Source: a virus
Direction: 5' to 3' (one strand)
Length of the DNA: 64,000 nucleotides
Virus record (IMG/VR): IMGVR_UViG_3300005393_000308
Positions 28,101 through 36,102 of this stretch are shown one piece after another. The notes below the pieces were generated by a model that made no database searches, was not told the origin of the DNA, and saw nothing but the letters and a program-made list of their open reading frames with translations. Within the stretch, counting starts at the first letter, position 1. Every line of letters starts with the position of its first letter. A program made the position numbers and the translations under genes.

Positions 28101-30995
28101 CGCCTCGGGCCAGATAGCAGGCGTACCGGAAAACCACAGGTCTTCATTACCCGCAGAGGCCACGACGGTAATTCCGGCATCGTGCGCCTTCTTGATGGCT
28201 TCGGCATGGGCCGGCGTGATCGCCGCTATACCAAGGCTCATATTGATTACGCTTACCCGTTCACCGTGCGGGCCGCGCCACTTCATAGCATAATCTATAG
28301 CCCTGTCGATATCCTCGGGCCTGCCGGTACCGCTGTTACCAAGAGCCTTAATGGGCAGGATTTTTACAGCCGGATAGGCGGCACCTGCAATACCGCGGCC
28401 ATTATTGCCCATAGCCGCGATGATGCCAGCGACGTGAGTACCGTGCCCCGCTTTGTCCTCCACATTGGAGGTTTGGTCTATCACGTTATACCCTTTATAA
28501 ACCTTGTATTTGAGGTCTGGATGATCGGTGTCCACGCCGGTGTCTATGACAGCCACCACTACGTCCTTCTTTGACTCAGGCAACTCTTTCCACGCCTGCC
28601 TCGCGCCGATAGCCTCCAGACCCCACTGCTCTCCAGCCAGCGGGTCTGCACGCCTAGTTTGGACAGCCTGCGTCTTTTCGCCGGCCGCGTCAGCAACAGG
28701 ATAAAATGGGAGATTTACTTCAGGAGGCATGAGGTAATCCTGCTCTGTCGACACGCGGCCTTCTTTCAGTTCCGCAGGCGGTATATAAGTCTCCTTTGTC
28801 GCCCCTTCCTGTGGGATAATGCCGCTCTCGATGAGCTTCCACACTTCGGGGTGCATCTTTCTCTGAGGCTTGAACAGTCTGCCGATAAAACCGAGCAAGG
28901 GGCCAATCAGGGGCGCCTCTTCCAGTTCGGGGAACCCACCGGTCAGCAGGTATGGACGGTCATAATAGTGTTCTTTCTCAAGTTTATATGGATCAAGCAG
29001 GTATCTTTTCAATGGCGCAAAAGGGTGTTGTGGCGTAGGAAGCGGGGCATAGGCGAAGTACTCGTCCTCACTTGCGTATGTATTGCCGGCATATTTCCAC
29101 TTTGACTTGAGCCGCCTATACCAGTTTGGCACCCAAGTCTGGATACGACTACCACTATAGGGAGTATTTCCCAAGGGCCAGTAGCGCCCTTTCCTTATCG
29201 GCTCCTCACCTTTTTTCCAGTAGTCTTCCATCTCCTCTTTGCTCTTACCCATCCAAATGGTGGCGGAGCCGACAAGCGGCAGTTGCGACAGCTGTTCGCC
29301 GCCCGGGAAGAGCTCCTTGGCCTTCTTCAGCGCCGGGGTGAAGCCCAGAGCATCACTTATACCGGCCATTTCCTTAGTCCAGCCGACGTAAGCGTCAGCG
29401 GCAACGAACTCCGGCCTGACACCAGTTATGTTCTCCATCTCGTAGTTGAGGTAGTGCCAGCCGAAGGCGAGGCCGCCAAGGATCAGTGCCCTGCGCAGAA
29501 ACATATTGTAGAAAAGGTCTGCGCTTGAGCCTGCCGATTCAATTGACACACCCGCCCCCATGCTGGCTGCGGCCACGTTCATGCGGCCGAAAAAGATGTA
29601 CGGCACCAGCGTAAGCGGTGTAACGCTCGTCATGTCGTGGCGGCCGGCTGTAATCTGCTGTGCGATTTTCCCCAGCGAGTTAAATTCCGCTGCATTGATA
29701 TAAATGTAGTTCTGTTTCAGAAACTGCCTCATCATCGGCGTTATCGCAGCCGACTCCCAGGGTTTTGCCTTATTCCAAAAAGCATTGGACAGTTTGCTGA
29801 ATACAGCATCTATGCTGGACACTGTGATTTCGTCAGACACCAAGCCCACTTCGGGATCGGTCCAGTTATATATATCCTGGTAACCCAAATCCATTGCGCG
29901 CATGACACGGGAGTAAAAACCGCGCGCGCCCTTCATGTACTGCTTGTGCTCTCTCACCGGGATCCCGGCCATCTGACGCAGGTACTGCAGTGTGATGAAC
30001 TGCTTATTGTTAAGGAGAAAACCGGTTCTGCCTTCGTTCAGGATATTCAGCCCGCCGGCTATATTAAGCGGGTTGCTTATGTCATAAACCTTTCCGCCGG
30101 CAAACAGGGCGGTGTCTATCGGCTTGTTACTACCAGTCAGGAATGGCTGCAGCTCGCCCTTTTTTAAGAGGCCGATAACAGGCCTGTCGCCGAGCCTCAG
30201 CAGTTCATCGAGGTACATAAGGCTTAAGGGGTTGAAGTTGGCAAAGGGAATTACGAAGTGCCTTTCCAGCGCCTTTATGGTATCAAGCATAGATCCACTG
30301 GCATAGCGTATATCGATCAACTGCCCGCTCTTATCGACAAACAGCGCCTTGTCGAGGCGGATCTGTGCATTAGTCAGCTTGTTGTGGACTAAAAGGTTCT
30401 TCAGCCTCCTGAACTTTGGATCGGTGGAGACCATGATGTCCTGTGGCGTGGCGAAGCGCACGCCAAGCTCTCTTAGCATCCTCTCCTGTGCTCTGGTGCT
30501 GACGCCTAACTCCTGCTGCACAGTATCAAGCATAACTTTTCTGATCATCCCGATGCTGCGATCAATTGTATGCGTGTTGGCAATGCCATGTCGGGCCAAC
30601 CACTCTGTCCTCAGTTGGCGTAGGATGCTGTTCATATTGGCCAGCGAGCTTTCTGCTGTAAACCGCCGCAGTTCGCGCACAGACATGTGAGCCCGAGCGC
30701 TGTGTTCTACGGTATCTTTAAGGTCTTTGATTTTATAGGTTACCGGCACCTTGCCGAAGTCCTTGCGCGACCATTTGTATATGCCGCGCGTGATATCGTG
30801 CGCTACAGTCGGCTCATAGCGGCTGGCCAGCACTATTGACCGCTGGATGATGGGGCGCAGGAGGCCTGTGCGCAAGGCTATAAACCCGCCCCCCCCGACA
30901 GCCAGGATATTGCCGGCCAGGCCGAGGAGTCTGCTCTTTGGTTTCTGCTCGTCGTTGTAGTAGTAGTTTTTATATCTCTCGTCAAACAGGGGCAT
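25146..30995 (-). CDS. Tape measure protein with embedded S8 subtilase and SNase-like fold
   Basis: 1949 aa; follows chaperones; TM-like segments; VIDTGVD / GHGTHVAG / SGTSMAAP; VDKVIDQNT..VRLAGIHVP..NLNRALLLRGWA. Confidence 0.75.
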   Translation of the reverse strand: MPLFDERYKNYYYNDEQKPKSRLLGLAGNILAVGGGGFIALRTGLLRPIIQRSIVLASRYEPTVAHDITRGIYKWSRKDFGKVPVTYKIKDLKDTVEHSARAHMSVRELRRFTAESSLANMNSILRQLRTEWLARHGIANTHTIDRSIGMIRKVMLDTVQQELGVSTRAQERMLRELGVRFATPQDIMVSTDPKFRRLKNLLVHNKLTNAQIRLDKALFVDKSGQLIDIRYASGSMLDTIKALERHFVIPFANFNPLSLMYLDELLRLGDRPVIGLLKKGELQPFLTGSNKPIDTALFAGGKVYDISNPLNIAGGLNILNEGRTGFLLNNKQFITLQYLRQMAGIPVREHKQYMKGARGFYSRVMRAMDLGYQDIYNWTDPEVGLVSDEITVSSIDAVFSKLSNAFWNKAKPWESAAITPMMRQFLKQNYIYINAAEFNSLGKIAQQITAGRHDMTSVTPLTLVPYIFFGRMNVAAASMGAGVSIESAGSSADLFYNMFLRRALILGGLAFGWHYLNYEMENITGVRPEFVAADAYVGWTKEMAGISDALGFTPALKKAKELFPGGEQLSQLPLVGSATIWMGKSKEEMEDYWKKGEEPIRKGRYWPLGNTPYSGSRIQTWVPNWYRRLKSKWKYAGNTYASEDEYFAYAPLPTPQHPFAPLKRYLLDPYKLEKEHYYDRPYLLTGGFPELEEAPLIGPLLGFIGRLFKPQRKMHPEVWKLIESGIIPQEGATKETYIPPAELKEGRVSTEQDYLMPPEVNLPFYPVADAAGEKTQAVQTRRADPLAGEQWGLEAIGARQAWKELPESKKDVVVAVIDTGVDTDHPDLKYKVYKGYNVIDQTSNVEDKAGHGTHVAGIIAAMGNNGRGIAGAAYPAVKILPIKALGNSGTGRPEDIDRAIDYAMKWRGPHGERVSVINMSLGIAAITPAHAEAIKKAHDAGITVVASAGNEDLWFSGTPAIWPEAISTGALERDEKGKLKKAYYSNYGLGIDIAAPGSDIVSTYPEELSSEQKEKKRKGYTALSGTSMAAPFVAATAAMLKAVRPDLSPDEIRYIMLRSAKDLGPPGEDKIYGAGGIDMGMAVAVARDLDEKQKEKLTTQADILASNIEAQRLLLLNYIANKLGNQVNGLVNRKIVDEYNREVTNKGSLAGRLGQFWENVKEMGGFYGFAIEAVWGEPRYKTNAAQKYIADSRAMESHRRRFWETEIGGLGGELNEILRRAVGRREKWQDYYDPIINTMPSWLPGPEYALVDFHTGDPYSRAGSYGELLLPGGAYEALHHMPIVEMIKKDPLLAKLDRAGWINRFEFYDPLNRFRILAAVAPWSEEYKQYSKLMSQMKLTPEEREEVKQIRERVRQRKKPLRLYPYRFRYKDLKYETVTVDKVIDQNTILTKEYPEHPVRLAGIHVPAGKTDKVARQAGEWLNSVLKPGTKIRIGYDPEEKFKEDTYSTIRAAVWVNGFNLNRALLLRGWAHEKESDYSAPAIQVRYSWLQRLTGSLWERFAHTDSFFHTKLLQVRSAYEDWVRRQVYGKDFQTWERPVSDYIVPTYQSFMARSPFLAVASGMILGSFFGRSRYGRIIGALVGGAVVGAGSLYRMGYELVSGRKWIPERRRKEWEIEQYVDILKYVKYRRLFERETREAKQKEDFDVNAYLDTLRKIKDKRKKRTKDLLSAKRLLYTKGERVNLDRLVGKYHITLPPEEEDEEKPKNRHERRQRYIERIKRGINLELSELSKALAEPLFQLPPHASKALEYYNLMKQTMYGYEPGEPLVNFLRALPQKERRYFQYFMQMPKEEYEKLKEVVPDWILYGLAPMRGEKPPKKPELEEYFEKHFLPDEKWEGWLPNINLQDIKVKIVKHEAMDETEFDVWPDDEARAAQLKTPAPKPFKPAEHGARLRDRLHSLLSGMGISDMDILVTPADRDISIDLDIEVDPTDEIAGLINNDPTMLLKD

Positions 30996-31011
30996 ACAAA
31001 AAGCGCCGTAC

Positions 31012-31740
31012 TTAGCGTACGGCTCCTCCTTTACTCATACTGGCTGGTGGTATATTTGTGTTTGCTTCTACTTTCGTCTGATACACTCTCCATCCGCCCA
31101 CACCAACAATGAGCAAGTCGTGTATCATCTTTGGCTTTAGTGTGGAGGGGTCTAACAAGCGCATTGGGTCTATTCCCCGCTTGCGCAGGTCTGCCGGGTT
31201 TGGTTTCTGTTTGCCCTTTTTGTCCTCGGACCTATCAGTGCAGGCAAACTGCACAGGGAGGTGGTGGATATTGTTCAAAACCCACTCTGCCCGTACGGCG
31301 TAGTCAATCAGCTTCGGCAACGGCCAGTCTGTCATTTCCTCAAATCGTACCTGTGGGAAGGCGGTAGCGATGAGACATTCGGCCTGTCGCTCAAAACTAC
31401 TCATACTTTCCCTGAAGCGGCCTATAAGACTCAGGATGCGCTCTGTATCGCCAAAGCCTGACTCGGAGAGCACCTTCCCGGCAAGCTGTGTGACTATTCC
31501 GCCCGGGAGCGTGTAGAAGTCAAGACCTTCCGGGTAAAGGACCGCTAAGCTGCAGATCTCGCAGTATATATCGCCGACCTTGTCTTTCTTGATGGCCAGC
31601 TGGTAATACTCACTCCTGGCTAGGGGACGCCAGATAAAGGTATGCCTATTAAAGGTCGATATATATAAGTACTCGTGTTTCCGGCATAGCTCGTTAATCA
31701 GGCTGTCAAGTGAGTTCAGTCTTTTTGCTAAAGTAGCACG
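31012..31740 (-). CDS. Tail assembly chaperone 2 (start uncertain)
   Basis: IWRPLARSEY and CSLAVLYPEG parallel VWRPLTRYEY and CETCVLWPEG of the upstream chaperone; first ~100 aa of the track ORF overlap that gene. Confidence 0.65.
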   Translation of the reverse strand, partial: RATLAKRLNSLDSLINELCRKHEYLYISTFNRHTFIWRPLARSEYYQLAIKKDKVGDIYCEICSLAVLYPEGLDFYTLPGGIVTQLAGKVLSESGFGDTERILSLIGRFRESMSSFERQAECLIATAFPQVRFEEMTDWPLPKLIDYAVRAEWVLNNIHHLPVQFACTDRSEDKKGKQKPNPADLRKRGIDPMRLLDPSTLKPKMIHDLLIVGVGGWRVYQTKVEANTNIPPASMSKGGAVR

Positions 31741-32120
31741 GGAGGCTCGTATGATTCGACGAACCCACTGGCCTCCATGATCTGCTGAGCCAGCAACGCC
31801 GGTATTCCGGCTTTGTCTTTGGCCATCATTTCGTAGTTGTAACCCTCGGGCCACAGCACGCATGTCTCGCAAATGATCTCCTCCCGCTGCAACGGGTCGG
31901 TGTTGGGCAGGTTGACAATCTGCTTGTACTCGTAACGGGTCAGCGGCCGCCAGACGAACTGCTGATTGCCGAACTGGGAGACGTAAACCTCCCCTTCTTT
32001 GAATAGGTTCCCCTCCATATCGGTTACGCCGAACTGTTTCTTCCAACTGGTTATCTGACTGACCAGCGGTCCTCCTGGGAAAATCGGGCTATCTTCGGGC
32101 GGCAGGTCTTTAAGTGACAT
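31728..32120 (-). CDS. Tail assembly chaperone 1
   Basis: 130 aa, GGAGG RBS, located between tube-like genes and TMP. Confidence 0.7.
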   Translation of the reverse strand: MSLKDLPPEDSPIFPGGPLVSQITSWKKQFGVTDMEGNLFKEGEVYVSQFGNQQFVWRPLTRYEYKQIVNLPNTDPLQREEIICETCVLWPEGYNYEMMAKDKAGIPALLAQQIMEASGFVESYEPPVLL

Positions 32121-32230
32121 TAAAATCCTCCTCGGCTTGAGTTATAGTATTTATATTGGCCCGCCGTGGTCCGCTTCGTGCAGATGCTTCCGCATATCGA
32201 GAGGCGTGGCGGGCTCTGTCCGGTTAACAA

Positions 32231-33589
32231 CTAGTCCATATCTCTTGCCACAAATGTGTACACTTCCTCAACCGGTTTGCCTGATGGGTCGAGAATCTGG
32301 CCACAGCCGGTGAGCTGCACGTTTCTTATGGCTTTTACCGTAGTGTTGTACGAGATCACATCAGGCAGGACGTTCAACCTCTGTTTGACATGGTAAGGCA
32401 AAGGGCCGTATGTTATGTAGATATCAAAACCGTCTTTTTGCAATAGCTGTGTGTATTCGCCACTGTAAAAGTACGGCAGGTAGTGTCTGTATTTCGACCT
32501 GTCCTCTGTAAAAGCGTCTCCCCATATTTTACTTTCGTAGTCGGCCATACTTGTCTCAAACCGACTTCGTGTATTCCCGCTGCTGTTGGTTTCAGCGGTT
32601 TTAGCCGGGACAGTGACTACGATGCACTCGGCTTCCTTAACCCATGCGACACCATAGTTGAAGTTTTCCAGGACTTCCCTGATGTATACGCCGTTGTAGG
32701 TTATCTTATCGAGGATTATGCGGTCGAATTTCCGCCCGTTAATATATATACTATCACTGGCCACCTCTATCTTTTCGTTATTTTGGCCTGTGTATATGCC
32801 GGCAATCTTGCACAGGGAATAAACGTCCATCACGGCTCTGTCTTCGTGAGGAAGAACAATAAACTCTTCTGGCTTGAGAAGAATACAGTCGCCTGGACAA
32901 ATGATGATAAATTCAGTTTTGGGACTCCACCAGACTTTATAGCCAAACGCCTCTGCCACAAAACGGACATACACATATGACTTACCGTCCACGACTTTGT
33001 ACGGTTTGAATGCCCTGCCGTTAAATAACACCATTTCCCTGTCGTTATCCCACTCCACTGTCCAGCCAAACCGCCGTGCCAGGTCGCGTGACCACATGAT
33101 AGCCCTGTCCTCAACAGGTATTACTTCGTATTCAGACGGGCTGATGAGCACGAACTTCGGAGCCGCCTGCATGATGCCGCTCTTGCCGCCAAGGATATCC
33201 TCAATAGTCTGCAGGGCATCCGCGTGCCATTCGGGCACATCCGATTCCCCTCCGAGAAGGTGAGCCAGCGTGGGCGCTACCCTGCCGCTCAGCTGCCCCA
33301 GATGGTCCAGCACGCGGTAGAGATAGCCGGCCTCGGTAAAGGCAATCCTGAACTGGCCATTTACAAGCCTCACGCCGCGTTTAACCACGTCCCAAGTATA
33401 TGAAGCATACCCATATACTGGACGCACGTGTTCAGCCAGTTCAAATTGTAGGCCCGTGATATCAGCAAGCCACGTGTCACCAAAGTAAATGACTACGTCA
33501 GCGCCCGAGAAAAACTCCTCAGGAAACTGCTGGTACTCGATCTGCTGTCTGGTAAAGGCAACCCCGCGGGGCGTTTGTTCCCACGCCAT
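32231..33589 (-). CDS. Tail tube-like paralogue 3 with inserted copper-amine-oxidase-N-like repeats
   Basis: FFSGADVVIYFG, PVYGYASYTWD..GVRLVNG, C-terminal FDIYITYG..FVARDMD; internal YVRFVAEAFGYKV and YIREVLENFNYGV. Confidence 0.65.
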   Translation of the reverse strand: MAWEQTPRGVAFTRQQIEYQQFPEEFFSGADVVIYFGDTWLADITGLQFELAEHVRPVYGYASYTWDVVKRGVRLVNGQFRIAFTEAGYLYRVLDHLGQLSGRVAPTLAHLLGGESDVPEWHADALQTIEDILGGKSGIMQAAPKFVLISPSEYEVIPVEDRAIMWSRDLARRFGWTVEWDNDREMVLFNGRAFKPYKVVDGKSYVYVRFVAEAFGYKVWWSPKTEFIIICPGDCILLKPEEFIVLPHEDRAVMDVYSLCKIAGIYTGQNNEKIEVASDSIYINGRKFDRIILDKITYNGVYIREVLENFNYGVAWVKEAECIVVTVPAKTAETNSSGNTRSRFETSMADYESKIWGDAFTEDRSKYRHYLPYFYSGEYTQLLQKDGFDIYITYGPLPYHVKQRLNVLPDVISYNTTVKAIRNVQLTGCGQILDPSGKPVEEVYTFVARDMD

Positions 33590-33597
33590 CTAACGAT

Positions 33598-34230
33598 CTA
33601 CCTCTTAACATACAAGTCTGAGACATTGAACTTGCCCATTAGCTCGCCGTTCTGGTTGAACTCACTGCCACCCTTGAGCGGTGGGAAGGGCTCTACCATA
33701 TAATCGTTGAATTCCAGCGGTTCTATGTCACGCGCCATATAGCTCCACACATTCTCCGTAAACATATCCTCAATAGATATAACCTTACCCTCTTCGAAGG
33801 CTACAGCCCCGTAGATGACGAGCCTGGCGACCCGGCCGTACTCGCTTCCGCCGGTAATAACGATGTCAAACGGAGGGAGTTCGTCACCCTTCAACCTCAT
33901 AATCTTACGCAGGTAGTCCACCTGCATGCGCAGGTTGTTTACGGTGTGCTGCTCGAAGACGGTGAAAATAATTGTCCCAGCTACCCGGCGCTGCCCGCGG
34001 GCGTGACCGCGCACCGAGATCCTGCCCAGGGTGCGCACCTCCTGTACATCACGCAGGATGGAGTATGTAACAGTAGAACACTCTCCCACCACATACGGCG
34101 GCGAACTGGGAAGCAGAATGCTTACCACCATGTCGACGCCCGAGAAAGTGCCGTACCCATAGGGCTTGGTAACTATTCTGTTATCCTTAATTAAAGACTC
34201 GAATATTGGCTCGTTATTAGTAGTAGCCAT
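33598..34230 (-). CDS. Tail tube-like paralogue 2
   Basis: TFSGVDMVV, VRTLGR..RGHARGQRRVAGTIIFTVF, LPPFDI..EYG, YMARDIEP. Confidence 0.7.
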   Translation of the reverse strand: MATTNNEPIFESLIKDNRIVTKPYGYGTFSGVDMVVSILLPSSPPYVVGECSTVTYSILRDVQEVRTLGRISVRGHARGQRRVAGTIIFTVFEQHTVNNLRMQVDYLRKIMRLKGDELPPFDIVITGGSEYGRVARLVIYGAVAFEEGKVISIEDMFTENVWSYMARDIEPLEFNDYMVEPFPPLKGGSEFNQNGELMGKFNVSDLYVKR

Positions 34231-34281
34231 AGAGATAAGCGTCCCGGGGGAATACCCCGGGACGCACCTGCCTCCCCGGAG

Positions 34282-36074
34282 TTAGGTTACAACTGGCAGC
34301 GGTTCGAGACTGCCGGTCCCGGAGTAAACCCCGCTGATGATAGGAGAAACGCGGCGTGCGACAAAGGTCATCTGGCGTTCCATAACGATGGTGTCCACGT
34401 TAACACCGCTGCCTTCATTTAAGATCTCGGCGTCGTAGATCTTCTGGAACGCCGCCTGCCCATACTCATTGGAAAATGTCATCATAATATCAAACGGAGG
34501 GACAGTATCGACGTACAGAATGTTTTCTGGCCTAATTAAACCAAATCCAGGCGGGACATTGATCTTCTCGTATGTCCTAAGATCTGAGCCGACAGTTTGT
34601 GTTTGCTTCTCGCCAGTAGCACTATTGGCTGCGTTATTCCAGCCGGACATTTCCAGCGCATTGGTCCTGTCTTCGACGCGTTTGATAATGTTGCCGGCGG
34701 CTGTGAACATGGTTGGCGGAGCAAAGGATTGCCAGTTTTCTTTGTCCTCCACCAGGGCCTGCAATAAGGCATCACGGTTAAACACAGCAAAGATCAGAGC
34801 ACTAAACCCAGTAATTTCTTACCGGCGTGGACTATACCTTCACCCACCACTTAGCCCCGCATGGCTTAGGTGGGGTGCGGCGTTTATGGCGCCCATAGAT
34901 TAGGTTATTCGCCCAAGGTCACCATCCAACTGGAGGTAGTTTTGGCAGATCTTATACTTTCGTGCAAGATAGAGTGTAGTACCATCATATAACCAGCCAA
35001 GCAACTACTGGTGTAAAGGGTCTAGTAAACTGGTTATTAACCCTTCATAACTACCTCCGGTTAAGTCTCTACATGCCTTAAGATGGAGAAGTGCGGTAGT
35101 CCATCTTTTAGCACTCGGTATTACCATACCACTACTACTAGCGGGTTAGGTTTCACCGATAGAGCCGCATTTTACCTTAAGGATTGCTCCTTAAGGGAGC
35201 CTCTATCTTGACCCAGCAATTCCGCGTTTACCCAAGTACCTCCACCCTTTCGAGTGGCTCAGAGTACATCACTATCCTGGACGGGAGCAGCCCGGGATAC
35301 GGTGCGTATTATAGCGATACATAGATTTGGGCTGTGTGTAGAACATATAACCCAGGTATCACTATACGAACAGGCAACATCTGTGAGAAGACACTGGAAA
35401 CTCCCAATCACAGACTTCCTCCTGTTCAACTCGTTGCAGAGCCGTTGCAGTCGGCAGTTAGTTAATTAACTGCCCGTCGCACTCCTCAGGGTTGCCGTGG
35501 GTATGAACCTTTAGGTTTCCCTGATGTAAGCACCGTTTTCCATACGCATTACTGTATATGGCCGCAGTTATCTACGGCTGAATGAACGCGGATCGGGCGA
35601 TCCGAGGGTATAGCAAGTGCCCTCTTGTTTCCAAGAGGCTTGGACTATATCACCACCTGCCATAATGACAGGGCGCTGCATATTATGCATGGCTACCAGC
35701 AAGCCGCTGCATCCTGCTTTGCACAGTTACTTTGAATCATTACGGGATCAAGTGGATTTGCAACTGCTCTTGACTGGTAATTTCCCGTAATAGCAATCGT
35801 GCAAATACACAGAGTCTCTACGGGGCCAATTACGGCTTCCCTCGGGGTTACCTACCAAACTGATGCATGGTTTGGGTTTCCCCGATATTAGCAGCGTTAT
35901 TCAAGCAGCGTCGCCACTGCAGGCCGCCTACTTGACGGGTACTTTTTCCCTCTGGATGTTCCATGTAATCTGCTGTAGTTCGCCTATGACACGCTTCCCG
36001 AAGCTGACGATAAGGTCGGCTCCGGAGAAGCTGGTCAGCGTCCTTGTGTATTCCTGGTTAGTAGCACCAGCCAT
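34282..36074 (-). CDS. Major tail tube protein, spliced: exons 36074-35935, 35613-35574, 35232-35211, 34799-34282 (239 aa)
   Basis: Joined exons read ..REKVPV/YTLGSPDPRSFSR/GKRGIAGS/LIFAVFNRDAL.., collinear with tube paralogue 2; 140+40+22+518 = 720 nt in frame; strong RBS; follows sheath. Confidence 0.92.
34800..35210 (-). ncRNA. Group I intron 3 (411 nt, no ORF)
   Basis: 5' exon ends in U; ATCGGTGAAACC, GGTAATACCGAG, GTAGAGACT, AAGGTATAGTCC; terminal G restores TCT CTG (Ser-Leu). Confidence 0.88.
35233..35573 (-). ncRNA. Group I intron 2 (341 nt, no ORF)
   Basis: P1 GCCGUAG-AUAA-CUGCGGC with U.G at the splice site; ATCAGGGAAACC, GGCAACCCTGAG, GCAACGAGT, GATGTACTC; terminal G. Confidence 0.88.
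35614..35934 (-). ncRNA. Group I intron 1 (321 nt, no ORF)
   Basis: 5' exon ends in U, intron ends in G; P1 CCGUC/GGCGG with U.G; ATCGGGGAAACCC, GGTAACCCCGAG, GTAGAGACT, GATATAGTCC core elements. Confidence 0.9.
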
Positions 36075-36102
36075 ATCTTGTTTTCCTCCTTTACGGCGCC
36101 GT

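Noticed and set aside
31741-32046. First ~100 aa of the 344-aa track ORF
   Set aside because: Overlaps chaperone 1 in another frame and has atypical composition; similarity to chaperones begins only near 31715.
32157-32212. Possible structured RNA between tube paralogue 3 and chaperone 1
   Set aside because: Only a short CCCGCC/GGCGGG closing stem; no recognisable motif.
35926-35934. Stop-codon reassignment suggested by the early TAG in the tube gene
   Set aside because: The TAG lies inside intron 1, and other genes end at TAG normally.
34800-35934. Homing endonuclease genes inside the introns
   Set aside because: The introns are 321-411 nt with no ORF showing GIY-YIG, HNH or LAGLIDADG motifs.
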